A stretch of 64,000 nt of DNA from Prorocentrum cordatum (GCA_963575745.1 CAUYUJ010000115.1:62001-126000); one strand, 5' to 3'; shown: positions 25,501 through 36,493, counted from the stretch's first letter. Notes: generated from the sequence alone by a model not told the origin. Translations and numbers: made by a program.

Positions 25501-26549
25501 CTTGGGGCATCCGGGGGGCTTCCTGGACCTTACTGGAGACATTTGGAGAATATGCTTGCAAAGCTAAGACATGCGAGCTTTATGAGGTGTGTCTCTCGTG
25601 AGCCCTTTGAACAACAAAGAAAAACACGATCTTGAAGCCTTTGATGGCCTACTTGAGCCATCTTTGTGACATCGTTGGCCCTCTGGGGCGATCCTGGAGC
25701 CAACTTCGGATTCCTTGGGCTACGTTGGATCAATTTAGGGGGCTTGCGAGGGGACATGAGCCATTTTGGAGAGGCCGTGCACCCCCGCCGTACCTCCTCG
25801 AACGAGATGTTAGACTCTGTGGGAGGAGTATCTGGGACTGGCCAAACGTCTCAGACGCCGTCTCCCCCCCCAGCCAGCAGTAGTCGGCGGATGCACATGT
25901 TGATGCATAACTCCGATGCGCTTCTCAAAATGCATGCAAAGTTCGAGAACGCTTCCCTGGCGCTGGACAGTCGCAAGTGTTTTGGCTAGGCCAGGGATGG
26001 CAGACCATCTCAAGGAAAGCCCAGCCATTGCAGGGACGGTGCACGGCGGGCTGCCGTCCGGATACAGCTCTGCACTGTCCCATGTACGACCCTCCGCTAC
26101 TGCCCTTGCTCTGGCGACGGCCAGCGCCACCGCTGCCGCTGTTGCTGCTGCCACTGCTGCCGCTAGCTCTGCCGCTGCTGCTGCAGCTTCTGCTGCAGCT
26201 GCTGCCCCTGATGCTCGCCGCCAGCGCTGCCGATGCTGATCCTGCCAGTCATGCTCCTGCTCCTCCTCGGTCTCAGTCTCTCCTCCGTCTCCTCTTCCCA
26301 CCGCGGCCCCGCGGCTGTGTGCCGGAGGGCGCCAAGTATGTGAGCATATGCCGATCTTGCCTGGGCCGATCCAGGGCCCAGAGTCGGTGTGTGTGTGTGT
26401 GTGCTGTCTTGCCCGAGCCAGGAGGGCGTGTGTACCCGGAGCCCCGTCGTCTTTTTTTGTTGCTGCAAAGCGTTTGCCCCAGAGGTCTCGACCCTCCCGG
26501 GGGGGGAAAAAAACACACACACAGTGGACAAACAAACACACACGTGGAA

Positions 26550-26897
<348 letters not shown>

Positions 26898-27574
26898 TTT
26901 CCACAGACTCTCCGAGACCGGCTTTTCACCCTCATTCGCTTCTTGACGGCCCCAGGGCCCAACGCGGGCCCCCAGAGACGGAACACGAGCGAACAAAGCA
27001 GTACGTCGTGATTTCTTCGTGACCCGAGGGGGTCTGAGACACCGATGCTGGGCCCAGGCTGAGCCTGGCCAGGCTCGGTGCAGGGCGCACACTCTGGTAG
27101 TGGAAAGCATGTGTTTTATGCTTGGATTCCCAGGTGCCAATGTATTTCAAGCGCCTTCCTGCCTCGATAATCGATATGCTTCTTCTGTGTTTTGTTATTC
27201 TTCGTGAGGGCCTGATCCCAATCCATTTTATCCGCCTTCCTACTTCATGTTCTGACCTACCTCTTCCGACCGGCGTGTACCGTTGGCGCCCTCCTCGGGA
27301 GCCTTGAGACGGGGGTCACTGCAAACGGGGGTCAGCCAGAGCGCCCGATCTTGCAGCATCCTGCAGGGCCAGGGGCGCATTGACCCGTGCTTGGGCGCAG
27401 GACCCTGCAGGCTCTTGCAGGATCCTTGGCACTGACCCGGGTTGGGGTTCAGGATCTTGCAGGATCTTGCAGGAGTCGACAAGGCTCGGCTGACTTGGGT
27501 CTGGGTTGACCCGGGCCAGAAGATTCCCCCCCTCTTCCTGCTCCTTCTCCTCCTCCTCCTTCTCCTCCTCCTCC

Positions 27575-27638
27575 TGGGTTTGCTCTGCATGGGATTCGAG
27601 AGTAGAAGTGAGTTGTTCGCTCCGCAGCTTTTCTCTCA
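27575..27638 (+). repeat. Split direct repeat A1 (left terminus)
   Basis: TGGGTTTGCTCTGCATGGGATTCGAGAG...TTTTCTCTCA, repeated at 35845-35908. Confidence 0.95.
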
Positions 27639-27673
27639 TACAGGAGGGGGGTTTCCTGGGGCCCGGGCGGTGC

Positions 27674-28237
27674 ATGGCCCTGGCGCTGCGTCCGCGACAC
27701 GCCGCAGCCGGCGTGGTGGGCGCAGTGCTGCTCAGGCACGCCGACCTGGTGTACCAGACCTTCCTGCAGCAGGCCGGGCTCTGGCAGGGGGCGGGCCACG
27801 CAGGTGCCGAGGCGGCCGCCCAGGCCGCCTACTCAGCCGCGGACGCGGCCAGCCTGGCCGCCGCGGCAGCGGCAGCCGCGGGCGAGGCCCTGACCAACTG
27901 GAGCGGGCCGCTGGAGGGCGTGAGCTGCCCACAGGCGCCAGCCTGCACCTGCTCGTGCCCACAGGTGCCGGAGTGTCCACCCGAGGCGGACAAGGACGTG
28001 AAGGAGGGCTTGTGGCACCTGGCGGGAGGCGCGGTGGGCCACATCGTCCTGGTGCTGGGAGGCCGTCTTTGCGCCTGTCGTCGACGAGATGGCGACCGAG
28101 CCCAGGCGCCGGCGAGCTCCCCTGCGGGAGTCGTGCCCGACGGCCTCGGCTCCCCCGGGCGTGCCGCGCTGGCAGGGCCTGGCCGCCCTGCTCCTGGAGA
28201 CAGGGCACGCCGCCGCGGAGGAGGAGTTCTGCAATGA
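27674..28237 (+). CDS. 187-aa accessory ORF0 of the YR element; putative small membrane protein
   Basis: ATG 36 nt after A1. It has a hydrophobic N-terminus (AAAGVVGAVLL), an Ala-rich segment, Cys/Pro-rich CPQAPACTCSCPQVPECPP, and hydrophobic LWHLAGGAVGHIVLVLGG followed by RLCACRRR. Codon usage is GC3-rich and it overlaps the next ORF. Confidence 0.55.
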   Translation: MALALRPRHAAAGVVGAVLLRHADLVYQTFLQQAGLWQGAGHAGAEAAAQAAYSAADAASLAAAAAAAAGEALTNWSGPLEGVSCPQAPACTCSCPQVPECPPEADKDVKEGLWHLAGGAVGHIVLVLGGRLCACRRRDGDRAQAPASSPAGVVPDGLGSPGRAALAGPGRPAPGDRARRRGGGVLQ

Positions 28238-29513
28238 GCTCCTCGTGGGGAGCTATGTGGCCGTGTTCTACACGGAAGATGATGTGTGGCATGAACGTCA
28301 AATTTTGTTCCAGGTCGACGCCCAGCACTGGGTGGTGTACACCCCCGACGGCGATATGTACATAGAGAACGTGATGGCTGGGGATCCCGACTCGGGTCCG
28401 TGCCGTGCGGCCATCCTGCCGGCCGACGGCACCCTCCCGTTCTTCCTCAGGGGCAAGACCTACAGGTTCCGTGACTACCCGGACGAGCAGCGGCTCCTCG
28501 ACCTGATCAATGAGGGGTACCAGCTCGCCGTGTCCGAGGGCGGGGAGGTCGTGGGCCCGACGGCGTACACCGACGCCATGGGGCAGAGGCAGCCGTTGGA
28601 GTTGCACGAGGGCATCTACCGGCGTGCGCGTGGGCGCCCGCTGCCGGCTCTGCCGCCTCCTCTGGAGCCCCCCGAGGGCGGAGACCTCCTCGTGGGGGGC
28701 ACCCGCACTCCCGAGGTCCTCGACGCGGATGTGGAGCTGGTGAATGAAGGAGGCCGCTGGGTGTCCCTCGTCACGATCGGTTCCGTGCGCCGTGGTGACC
28801 CTGTGGAGCTCGAGACGGGGGACAAGGTGCTGGGCGAGCTGGCGCTCCACCGTATGCCAAATGGTGAGGTGATCGCCGCGTGTCGTCCCGACTACCTGAG
28901 CAAAGTCGTGGAAGGAGGTTCGGCTGCCGACGGCGGCGACGCTCGAGTGCTGGCCCCCGTCTCCTACGACCCAGGCGGGCGGCGCTGGTGTGACTTCGCC
29001 AATGCTGTCAGCAAGATGAGCACAGAGCCGATGGAGGACTTCCCGCTTGAGGGCGAGAGGTCGGTGCTGTGGCTCTTCAAGTACGTTCGCGACCACGGCG
29101 GCACGTTTGACGCCCGCCAGACCAAGTGGGCCACGGAGCAGAAGATCGCCATCGACTCCACCGCCTACCTCATCCACGATCTCGTGGGTCTGGCGCTGGA
29201 TCTCTCTGTGTGCTATGACCAGTGCGACGGCGGCAACCTGGCCAGTGTCGAGGTGCTGGCGCGGTTGTACCAGCTGGTGGAGGAGACCAACGGGACCCTG
29301 CAGCTGGAGGGCCTGGAGCACTACGTGGGTCGTGACCCCACAGGCGGCCTGCGGCGCGGGGTCGCGCTCAACCCTGGGCTTGCGCACTATGCGACCGACA
29401 AGAAGAGCAAGGAGACGGAGGTGATGAAGCAGCGCCGCAAGGCTCGTGAGGAGTCCGCGGCGGCCAAGAAGGCCTCCAAGGGTGGCGGCAAGAAGGATCA
29501 GGAGCACCCCTGA
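28089..29513 (+). CDS. 474-aa ORF1 (gag-position protein) of the YR retrotransposon
   Basis: Intact, complex, GC3-rich ORF upstream of RT with a basic C-terminus (KQRRKAREE...KK). Assignment is positional. Confidence 0.75.
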   Translation: MATEPRRRRAPLRESCPTASAPPGVPRWQGLAALLLETGHAAAEEEFCNELLVGSYVAVFYTEDDVWHERQILFQVDAQHWVVYTPDGDMYIENVMAGDPDSGPCRAAILPADGTLPFFLRGKTYRFRDYPDEQRLLDLINEGYQLAVSEGGEVVGPTAYTDAMGQRQPLELHEGIYRRARGRPLPALPPPLEPPEGGDLLVGGTRTPEVLDADVELVNEGGRWVSLVTIGSVRRGDPVELETGDKVLGELALHRMPNGEVIAACRPDYLSKVVEGGSAADGGDARVLAPVSYDPGGRRWCDFANAVSKMSTEPMEDFPLEGERSVLWLFKYVRDHGGTFDARQTKWATEQKIAIDSTAYLIHDLVGLALDLSVCYDQCDGGNLASVEVLARLYQLVEETNGTLQLEGLEHYVGRDPTGGLRRGVALNPGLAHYATDKKSKETEVMKQRRKAREESAAAKKASKGGGKKDQEHP

Positions 29514-29614
29514 GAGAGGGGCGCACCACGGAGGACCCCGGTCGTGGTGCGAAAGCCAAGGGGTCAATTCACCGTCGTGATGCTGCTGCTGGTGCAGGGG
29601 ATGGCCTTCTTCCT

Positions 29615-31385
29615 TTGGCCTGTCCTCGGCAGGAGTGTTACACTGGTGGCTGCACTGCGCTGTCGCGGGGCACGGAGCAACGTGTTCGGCGACGGCTCAA
29701 GGTCCAAGAGAGGACCGCCGAGACGATTCGAGCCATCAATCGCCTGGCAGGTTTTGACACGCCCGAGGTGGAGTCCGTCGGGGAGCTGACCGGCCCCTCC
29801 GCCCTGGTCTACAGCGACGTGCGGGCGCTTCACGCGGCTCACGCCCCCGAGCCGGTGAATTCGATCAGTCCGCAGGAAGCCTTTCATGAGCTTCTCGGGA
29901 GCACGCCCTCGTCGCACATGGATGGCGACGAGGTCTCTCCAGTTCGGCCCTACTCGCGCGAGTTGGCGAGCTGGCCCAAGAGGGGCAACCGCCCGGTCCC
30001 GCTGCCGACGAACGCGCCACCGGACCTGCTCCGGTACATGACAGAGGGCCAGCGAGATGTGTGGCTGCGGCAGCCGCAGGAGGTGGCGCAGGTCCGGCAG
30101 GTCGAGGGCCTGCCGACGCTGTACGGCGACACAGTTTTGAAGGAGAATCGCGACGCCTACATCGGCTTCGTGAAGGATGGCCTTGCTCGGGGGATTTTCC
30201 GCCTGAGCCGCCGTCGGAAGGAAGCCGTCAAGGTCTTTTTCGTGAAGAAGAAGGACTCTAGCATTCGGATCGTTATCGATTGCCGACGGAGTAACCAACA
30301 CTTTCGAGCCGCGCCGAAGGTCCACCTCTTCTCGGGCAGCAGCTTCGGGGAGGTCGAGGTCTCGGCGCACCAGCAGATGTGGTACGCAGGGGGTGACGTT
30401 CAGAACGCCTTCTACCAGCACCAGTTGCCGTACTGGCTGCAGCCCTACTTCGGCCTCGACTGCGTCCGGGCTTCGGAGCTGGGCGTTGCTGAGCTGGACG
30501 GCCAGGCCGTGCGGGGCGACCAGATCCTGTACCCCCTGATGAACGTGGTTCCGATGGGGTGGAAGTGGGCCCTCTTCATGGTGCAGCGGATCCACGAGCA
30601 TGTTCTCGATGGAGTTCCCGAGCTGGGACCGCGGCGCCGAGCGGTCGACTTTCGGCCTCCGCCTCGAGTCGAGGACGGGGCGGTGCACACAGTGTATGTG
30701 GATAACGTGCTGATCGAGGGGTTCGACCAAGCGGAGGTGACACGACTCCGTGAGGCTGCATGCGCCGCGCTGCAGCAGGCGGGCTACGCCACTCACGATG
30801 AGTCCGACGCTGCGGTGAGCATGGAGATGCTGGGCGTCGAGCAGACCGGCTGTCCAGGACGCGTGCAGGTGTCCGCGAAGCGCTACTGGCGGTTGTGGCA
30901 GGCGCTGGAGTGGATCCGGCGCAGGCAGCCTCCGCTGAGCAGCCGTCAGCTTGAACGTCTGATTGGCCACTTCACTTTTGTGGCTCTCATTCGCCGCGAG
31001 CTGCTTGGCACGTTGCGCGCCAGCGATTTTTCCAGGGGTGATTTTACCAAGCCCCGGAGCCTGTGGAAAAGTGTCCTCCAGGAGCTCAGAACCATCCAGG
31101 GCCTTTTAATTTCTGCGTCCAGGGACTTGGATCCTCACTGGTCCTCGGACGTGTTGGCCTACGATGCGTGTGAGTCTGGGCATGCCACGGTGAGGGGGGC
31201 CTGGACGGTGGGGGGTGTACAGCAAGTAGGGAAGTGGCACGAGCGTTGGAGGTATAAGAATGAAGCTGATCCCGCTCGTACAAATCCCCGTGGTCACGCT
31301 CTGGGTCAATCTTATGACAAACAAACAGATATGGAAGATATGTCAAACAAGGAGATCGATTACAGTGACGTGTACCTAAACCGTG
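29615..31385 (+). CDS. Reverse transcriptase (DIRS type) and start of RNase H; the frame is open upstream to at least the ORF1 stop
   Basis: Motifs VFFVKKKDSSIRIVIDCRRSN, GDVQNAFYQ, VPMGWKWA, YVDN, MLG, and the first RNase H Asp in AYDACESG. Confidence 0.92.
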
Positions 31386-31745
31386 ATCCCCGACGTCCCC
31401 CCCCAGCTTGTGCAGTCAACTCGGTGGACGCTGGAAAGATATCAACCGGTTTTTACTCGTGAGCCAATTCATGTTACTGAAATGCGGGGCCTCTTGGGAT
31501 CTATTCGTCAAGCGGTTCGGGATCCTGGAGACTGGGGCAAGTCGTGGCTGATGTTGGGAGACAACTTGGGGCTCATCCTCTCGCTCTCGAAAGGTCGGTG
31601 TCGAGACCCTCGTTTACTCATGCTTCACCGTAAGGCAGCAGCGTGGGCTCTAGCTACCAAATCGAGATTCGTATGTAGATGGCTACCCTCTGAGTTGATC
31701 CCAGCCGATGGACCATCCCGCAAGAGAGAGCCATCGGCGCCAGCT
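31383..31745 (+). CDS. RNase H (continuation after a frameshift at ~31385); the frame stays open beyond this point
   Basis: Motifs PIHVTEMRG, LGDNLG, SKGR and WLPSELIPADGPSR are typical of DIRS RNase H. Confidence 0.85.
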
Positions 31746-34700
31746 ACGCGACTGGCGAGTGGGCCATCCCAGCCACCGTCGGACCGCACCGACGACTTCC
31801 CACGTGGTGCAGGCGCTCTCTCGTGTGCCGTTGAGGTCGGGCTATCCACTGACGGACAAGCGGCAGAAGACCGAGCCAGACGTGGAGAGCCTCCGTCGTG
31901 CCAACCAGCCTCCTCCTGGGCATCCAATCCTGGGCTTGCTGGAGGCCAAGAGCGCGAGCCTCGACAAGGAGCAGCAGCTGCGGGAGCGTCGAGCCGCACG
32001 TCGGCAAGACGTTCACGGGCCGCTCCGGGACACGACGAGGGGACCAGGCATCACCGGGGAGGCCTCGCTGACGCAGAAGACACGAGATCAGTATCAACGA
32101 CTACTTCACGATTTTCAGGAGCGGCAGCAGATGCAGGACTTGAGTGTGCATCCCGCCATCCTGGACGCGCAGATCGTGATCTACTTCGACAGACTTTTTC
32201 TGGAGGGAAAGGCCCCGTCAACGGGGGAGAAGCTCGTCGCGGCCATCCAGTACGTAGTGCCGAGCTACAACGCCAAGGGCATGATGACCTTGCCGCGGGC
32301 GACCAGGGCCCTGCGCGGCTGGCGCCGACTGGTGCCGCGCCGCACTCGGCGGCCCTTGCCCTGGGAGGTGGTGACCGCCATCGCGATGGGGCTCCTCCGG
32401 GTCAACGGCCTGGGGATGGCGCTCTGTTGGCTTCTCATGGTGGACACATACATGCGGCCGGGCGAGTGCCTCGACCTCCAGACAAGCCAGATCCTACGAG
32501 GGAATGCACAACAGCACATGGAGCGAGCTGCGATTCTCCTGCATCCCGCCGAGAAGTTGGAATCCACTGCCCCTCTGGTCTGATGCAGTTGTATAGGAGG
32601 GGGAACAGAGGACGGAGTGTTTACACAGTTTGGAGGAATTCGTGAATTCAGTATGGGTCGGGCTTGAAGCGCCTCGAAAGCGCGCGCGCGCCCGAATTGC
32701 AATCATATGGCTCTATGCGGACCCAGGACAGTTTGCTTCCCGTCGTCGGCCTCGCCCTTGCTCCGTTCCCCTTCCTTTCTTCCCTCCCCTGGATGATGTC
32801 GAAAGCGTCCGCGGCTCGGGCGGGGGAGCGCCCCTGACCACCTCCCTCATTATTCCTTGTTCCTCTTTGCTTCCCTGCGCCACCGTCCGTCGTCCTACCT
32901 CGTCTTCCATCCATGTTCGAAAAGTGGAGTCCCTGGTGCCGCGCGCCCGCATCAGTGGTATATCGCCTTTTCGATATCCGAGCACACTGGAGCAACCAAA
33001 CAGACGCGATTGACAACGCGAGCGTTCGGGGCGCACTCCAAACGTGGGCGGCACGGCCGCCGAGCACAGTCGCATCGCTAACATGTAAATTCTAGGTGCC
33101 TGCGGCAAGGCCCGCCCCTTTACCAGCGCAGCGGTCTGTATGGCGACGCGGGGAGTTTTGACTGTTAAGAGGTCCATGGCATGTGACACCTCTCTTGTTT
33201 TCGGACTGCTGCGCGGCATTCTTCGGGGTCATTCGAGGCCTTTTCGGGGCATGTTCGGGCCGTTGGGGGTCGCTTTGGCGCCGCGTTTCACCGCGGCCGC
33301 CTTGGGCCAGGGAAGCGTGTATTTGCAGTTCCCTCGGGGGCGCCCTGGGCCGGGGAAGTGTGTATTTGCATCCCCCCCTAGCTGGGCATGTCGACTTCGG
33401 TTCTGGGTTGGCAAAGTCGGGGCACCCTCGAGGTGGCGAGCGTTCACCTTTCTGGAATACACAGATCAAGGTGTGATCTGTGTACACAGCTTGTGTCTTC
33501 AACTGTGTATTTTCGTGTGTGTGGGCCCACTGTTTACACAGATCGTGGTATGATCTGTGTACACAGATCTCGCTCCCATCTGTGTATTTGGAGTGTGCGC
33601 CTCGCAGGTGGTGTTGACTGGGCGGGAACTTTCACATTTTTCGCTCGGCTGGTCCAGGGGGGGCGTCGTACGCAGTCGAAATACACAGTTCGTGTCTCCA
33701 ACTGTGCATCTGTCGCGCGCCGCTCGGCGGAGTGGTCACTGGGCGGGAGTTTCCGCGAGTTTCCCAGCTGGTCCACCAGGGGGCAGTCTGGGCATGCAAA
33801 GGCGCGGGGGGGTGGGATGGTGGGCCGTAGGAAGGGAGGGGTTCGATAGGAGGGGCGGCCAAGAGGCCAGGGATGAACCGGAATGGACGAGAGGGGAGGA
33901 AACCGGTTCAGGAGGAGCTGCATCATCGGTGTCAGCATCACAAGGACGAGGGGGGCGGGGAGGGGCACATGGAGGGGGCATGATGTGCACTAGGGCGTCG
34001 AGGATGGGAGGAGGGCAGGCATGTGGACGATAGTGGGAACTAATCCGGCGGAGGAGGACGACGAGGAACGACATGAATGGGCACGTGGGGGGTGACAGTG
34101 TGGATGAGGGGCATGGTGAGGACTGGGGGTTATCGGAGTGGCATGAGGAGAGTGGGGCCTAAGCGAAAGGATATTGGAAGGCGGCGGGGGATGGGGCATG
34201 AGTTTGAGGCGGGCGCCAGCTAACGATTAGCTGAACAGTGTCCTGCGTGTGCGTGCACCCCCCCCAGAACACAGTGACCGGTTGCAGAACTTCATGATAT
34301 GGGTAACCGTGCGCGTCGTGCGTCCAGCCCAAAGGCTCGAGTCCACGACGCCCCTTGGCGTCGCGTTGATGCCGCCCCGATTTGCCAGACCGCATATGCA
34401 GAAAAGGCACAATATGTGTTTGAAAGTTTGTTTCATGACCCTTTCTATAGTAACAGACCCACGTTGGAAACCAACCGAGAAGGGGATGCCCAGCAAGGTC
34501 GGGGCCGTCGACGAGAGTCTGATCATCAACCGGACCTGGCTCTCCGATGCCCTGACCAAGTACGCAGCGAGCCGGCCCCAGCGGGGGCCCCTGTGGGACT
34601 TCACACTCAAGGAGTTGAACGCCAGCTTCCTCACCGCCTGCATCCCCGCGGGCATCAGCAGCCTGAAGCCGGTCCTCTACATGGGCCGGCACTCGGGCGC

Positions 34701-34935
34701 CAGCCTGGACAGGCTGACCAACAGGCTGGACCTCGCCGAGGTGCAGCGTCGGGGGCGCTGGCGGACGGGAGCGTCGGTGCGACGCTACGAGAAGCGGGCG
34801 CTCGTGCAGGAGGTCTACAATGGGCTCGACCAGAAGTCCAAGGCCTACTGCAACAGGAGCGCCAGCGAGCTGGAGGCGGCGATCGTTCGAGCCTGCGGCC
34901 ACGTCAGAGGCATCAGAGGCGCGGGTTCTTCATGA
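31708..34935 (+). CDS. Tyrosine recombinase in two pieces, 31708-32565 and 34492-34935 (433 aa reconstructed), interrupted by an insertion
   Basis: The pieces join in frame as HPAEKLES|SKVGAVDESL. Catalytic motifs are YMRPGE (R), SK (K), LYMGRHSGAS (YxxRH), RRGRW (W) and SVRRYEK (Y). Confidence 0.9.
32567..34489. mobile_element. 1.92-kb unclassified insertion in the YR gene, with a possible 3-bp TSD (CCA)
   Basis: GAAT-CCA|CTGCCCC ... GGGGATGC|CCA-GCAAG; removing it restores the YR frame. Internal TGTGTACACA / ATACACAG repeats lie at 33450-33700. No clear TIR or recognisable ORF. Confidence 0.75.
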
Positions 34936-35636
34936 TCGAGGTGTTCAGTGGCTGCGGGGCTTTCTCCAAAGCCGCTAGGCGCCGCGGGGTGGAGGCCTTC
35001 CCCTTCGACGTCCTGCAGGGAGCCGCAGGGGGCGTCACCCGCCGCCCAGTGCAGCGACGCATCCGACGGCTTCTGGCTCATCCTCGTTGTTTGGGCATCC
35101 TCCTGGCGCCGCCGTGCACCACGTACAGCAACGCTCGGAGGCCGATGATCAGAAGTCGTGAATTCATCGAGGGCCTCCCGACGAACACTCCGTCGGAGCA
35201 GGCCCAGATCGCAGCAGGTACTTTTTTCATGCGGCTGACGGCCCAGCTCTGCAGGCTCGCTGTGAAGTGTGGAGTTCCTTGGGTGATTGAGAATCCTCAG
35301 ACAAGTCTGATCTGGCACACTGTCGAGTTTCGCAGCCTTCGTAATCTTGCCAAACAGCAGTCGCTCACGACTCACCTCTGTGGTTTCGGAGCGCGGTGGA
35401 AAAAACCCACGACGTTGTGGTCCTGGGGTGTGGAGAACATGTACAAGACGGTGCACAAGTGCCCCAGTTTTGGTTGTCAACCCTGTATCTTCTCGGCGAA
35501 ACCTCATATCGTGCTATCGGGACCAGACCCCACAGGGGTCCGCTGGACAAAGCGAGCTGCTGCATACCCTCCTCGGTTTGCATCCGTCTTGGCCGGCCTC
35601 TTTCTCGACTCCGGTTTCACCAAGCTGTTGCAATAA
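34932..35636 (+). CDS. C5-cytosine DNA methyltransferase catalytic domain (234 aa from the ATG that overlaps the YR stop, ATGA)
   Basis: Motif I IEVFSGCG, motif II PFDV, catalytic motif IV LAPPCTTYS, motif VI IENP, motif VIII-like CGFGARWKKPT and motif X-like AAAYPPRFA. The frame is intact. Confidence 0.88.
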   Translation: MIEVFSGCGAFSKAARRRGVEAFPFDVLQGAAGGVTRRPVQRRIRRLLAHPRCLGILLAPPCTTYSNARRPMIRSREFIEGLPTNTPSEQAQIAAGTFFMRLTAQLCRLAVKCGVPWVIENPQTSLIWHTVEFRSLRNLAKQQSLTTHLCGFGARWKKPTTLWSWGVENMYKTVHKCPSFGCQPCIFSAKPHIVLSGPDPTGVRWTKRAAAYPPRFASVLAGLFLDSGFTKLLQ

Positions 35637-35730
35637 TCAAAGCAATCTTATTTTCCAGTGGTGCCATGGGTGAGCGAAAGACTCAGACATGCTTCGTGAT
35701 CGTGAACCGCATACGGAGTTTGCGAATTTC

Positions 35731-36158
35731 GGGCTGTGTACTCTGGGCTTCGCCTTGCACGTCCCTGGAATATCATGGCCGACCAGCTCGCCTTCGAGAT
35801 TTTCAACAGATGTGGGTTCAAGAAAAACAGAATGGCACGATCGATGGGTTTGCTCTGCATGGGATTCGAGAGTAGAAGTGAGTTATTCGCTCCGCAGCTT
35901 TTCTCTCACCGTCCACAGGCCCCACCACCACCCTCTTTAAAGTGGCTCCCCCAAGTTTTTGGTGTCTCCAAGGGCCCTCCGAGGTCAACCCCGAGGGCCC
36001 TCTAAATATAACGATCTGCGCTTCACCCCTGGCACCACACAAGTGGGCTGTGTACTCTGGGCTTCGCCTTGCACGTCCCTGGAATATCATGGCCGACCAG
36101 CTCGCCTTCGAGATTTTCAACAGATGTGGGTTCAAGAAAAACAGAATGGCACGATCGA
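35731..36158 (+). repeat. Split direct repeats B1 (35731-35844), A2 (35845-35908) and B2 (36045-36158, right terminus)
   Basis: Exact sequence duplications; B1 abuts A2 directly. Confidence 0.95.
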
Positions 36159-36493
36159 TCCTCATCTTCCCCTTCCTCCTCCCCCTCTTCTTCTCCTTTT
36201 CTCCTCCTCCTCCTCCTCGTCTCCCTCCTCCGCAGCGTACTGGCCCTCCTTCTCCTCCTCCTCCTCCTCCTCCTCCTCCTCCTCCTCCTCCTCCTCCTCA
36301 TCGTCATCATCATCATCCTCCCTCTCCTCCCGCGCGCCGCGCGCGGACGGCATCGGTGGCGGCCGCCCTCCGGCAGGCCGCGGGAGCGGGCCGCGCGGGA
36401 GCCCCCGGCGCGCCCGCGGGGGGCGCGCTGGAGCCCCTGCGGCGGCAGCTCGCGGAGCACGCGCGGAAGGCGGGGAGTGTCGAAGCAGGGCAT

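Larger units (their letters stand above)
27575..36159 (+). mobile_element. Tyrosine-recombinase retrotransposon (DIRS superfamily, split-direct-repeat type as in PAT/Ngaro) carrying a C5 DNA methyltransferase
   Basis: A1 27575-27638 equals A2 35845-35908 (64 bp, 1 mismatch). B1 35731-35844 equals B2 36045-36158 (114 bp, identical). ORFs inside are gag-position, RT, RNase H, YR and DNMT. No TSD; both flanks are (CCT)n-like. Confidence 0.93.

Noticed and set aside
27732..30970. Long minus-strand ORFs of 611 and 468 aa
   Set aside because: Antisense shadows of the GC3-rich ORF1 and RT; no recognisable motifs.
34932..35636. Bacterial restriction-modification methylase or contamination
   Set aside because: It lies inside the retrotransposon's terminal repeats, overlaps the YR stop, and has no endonuclease partner.
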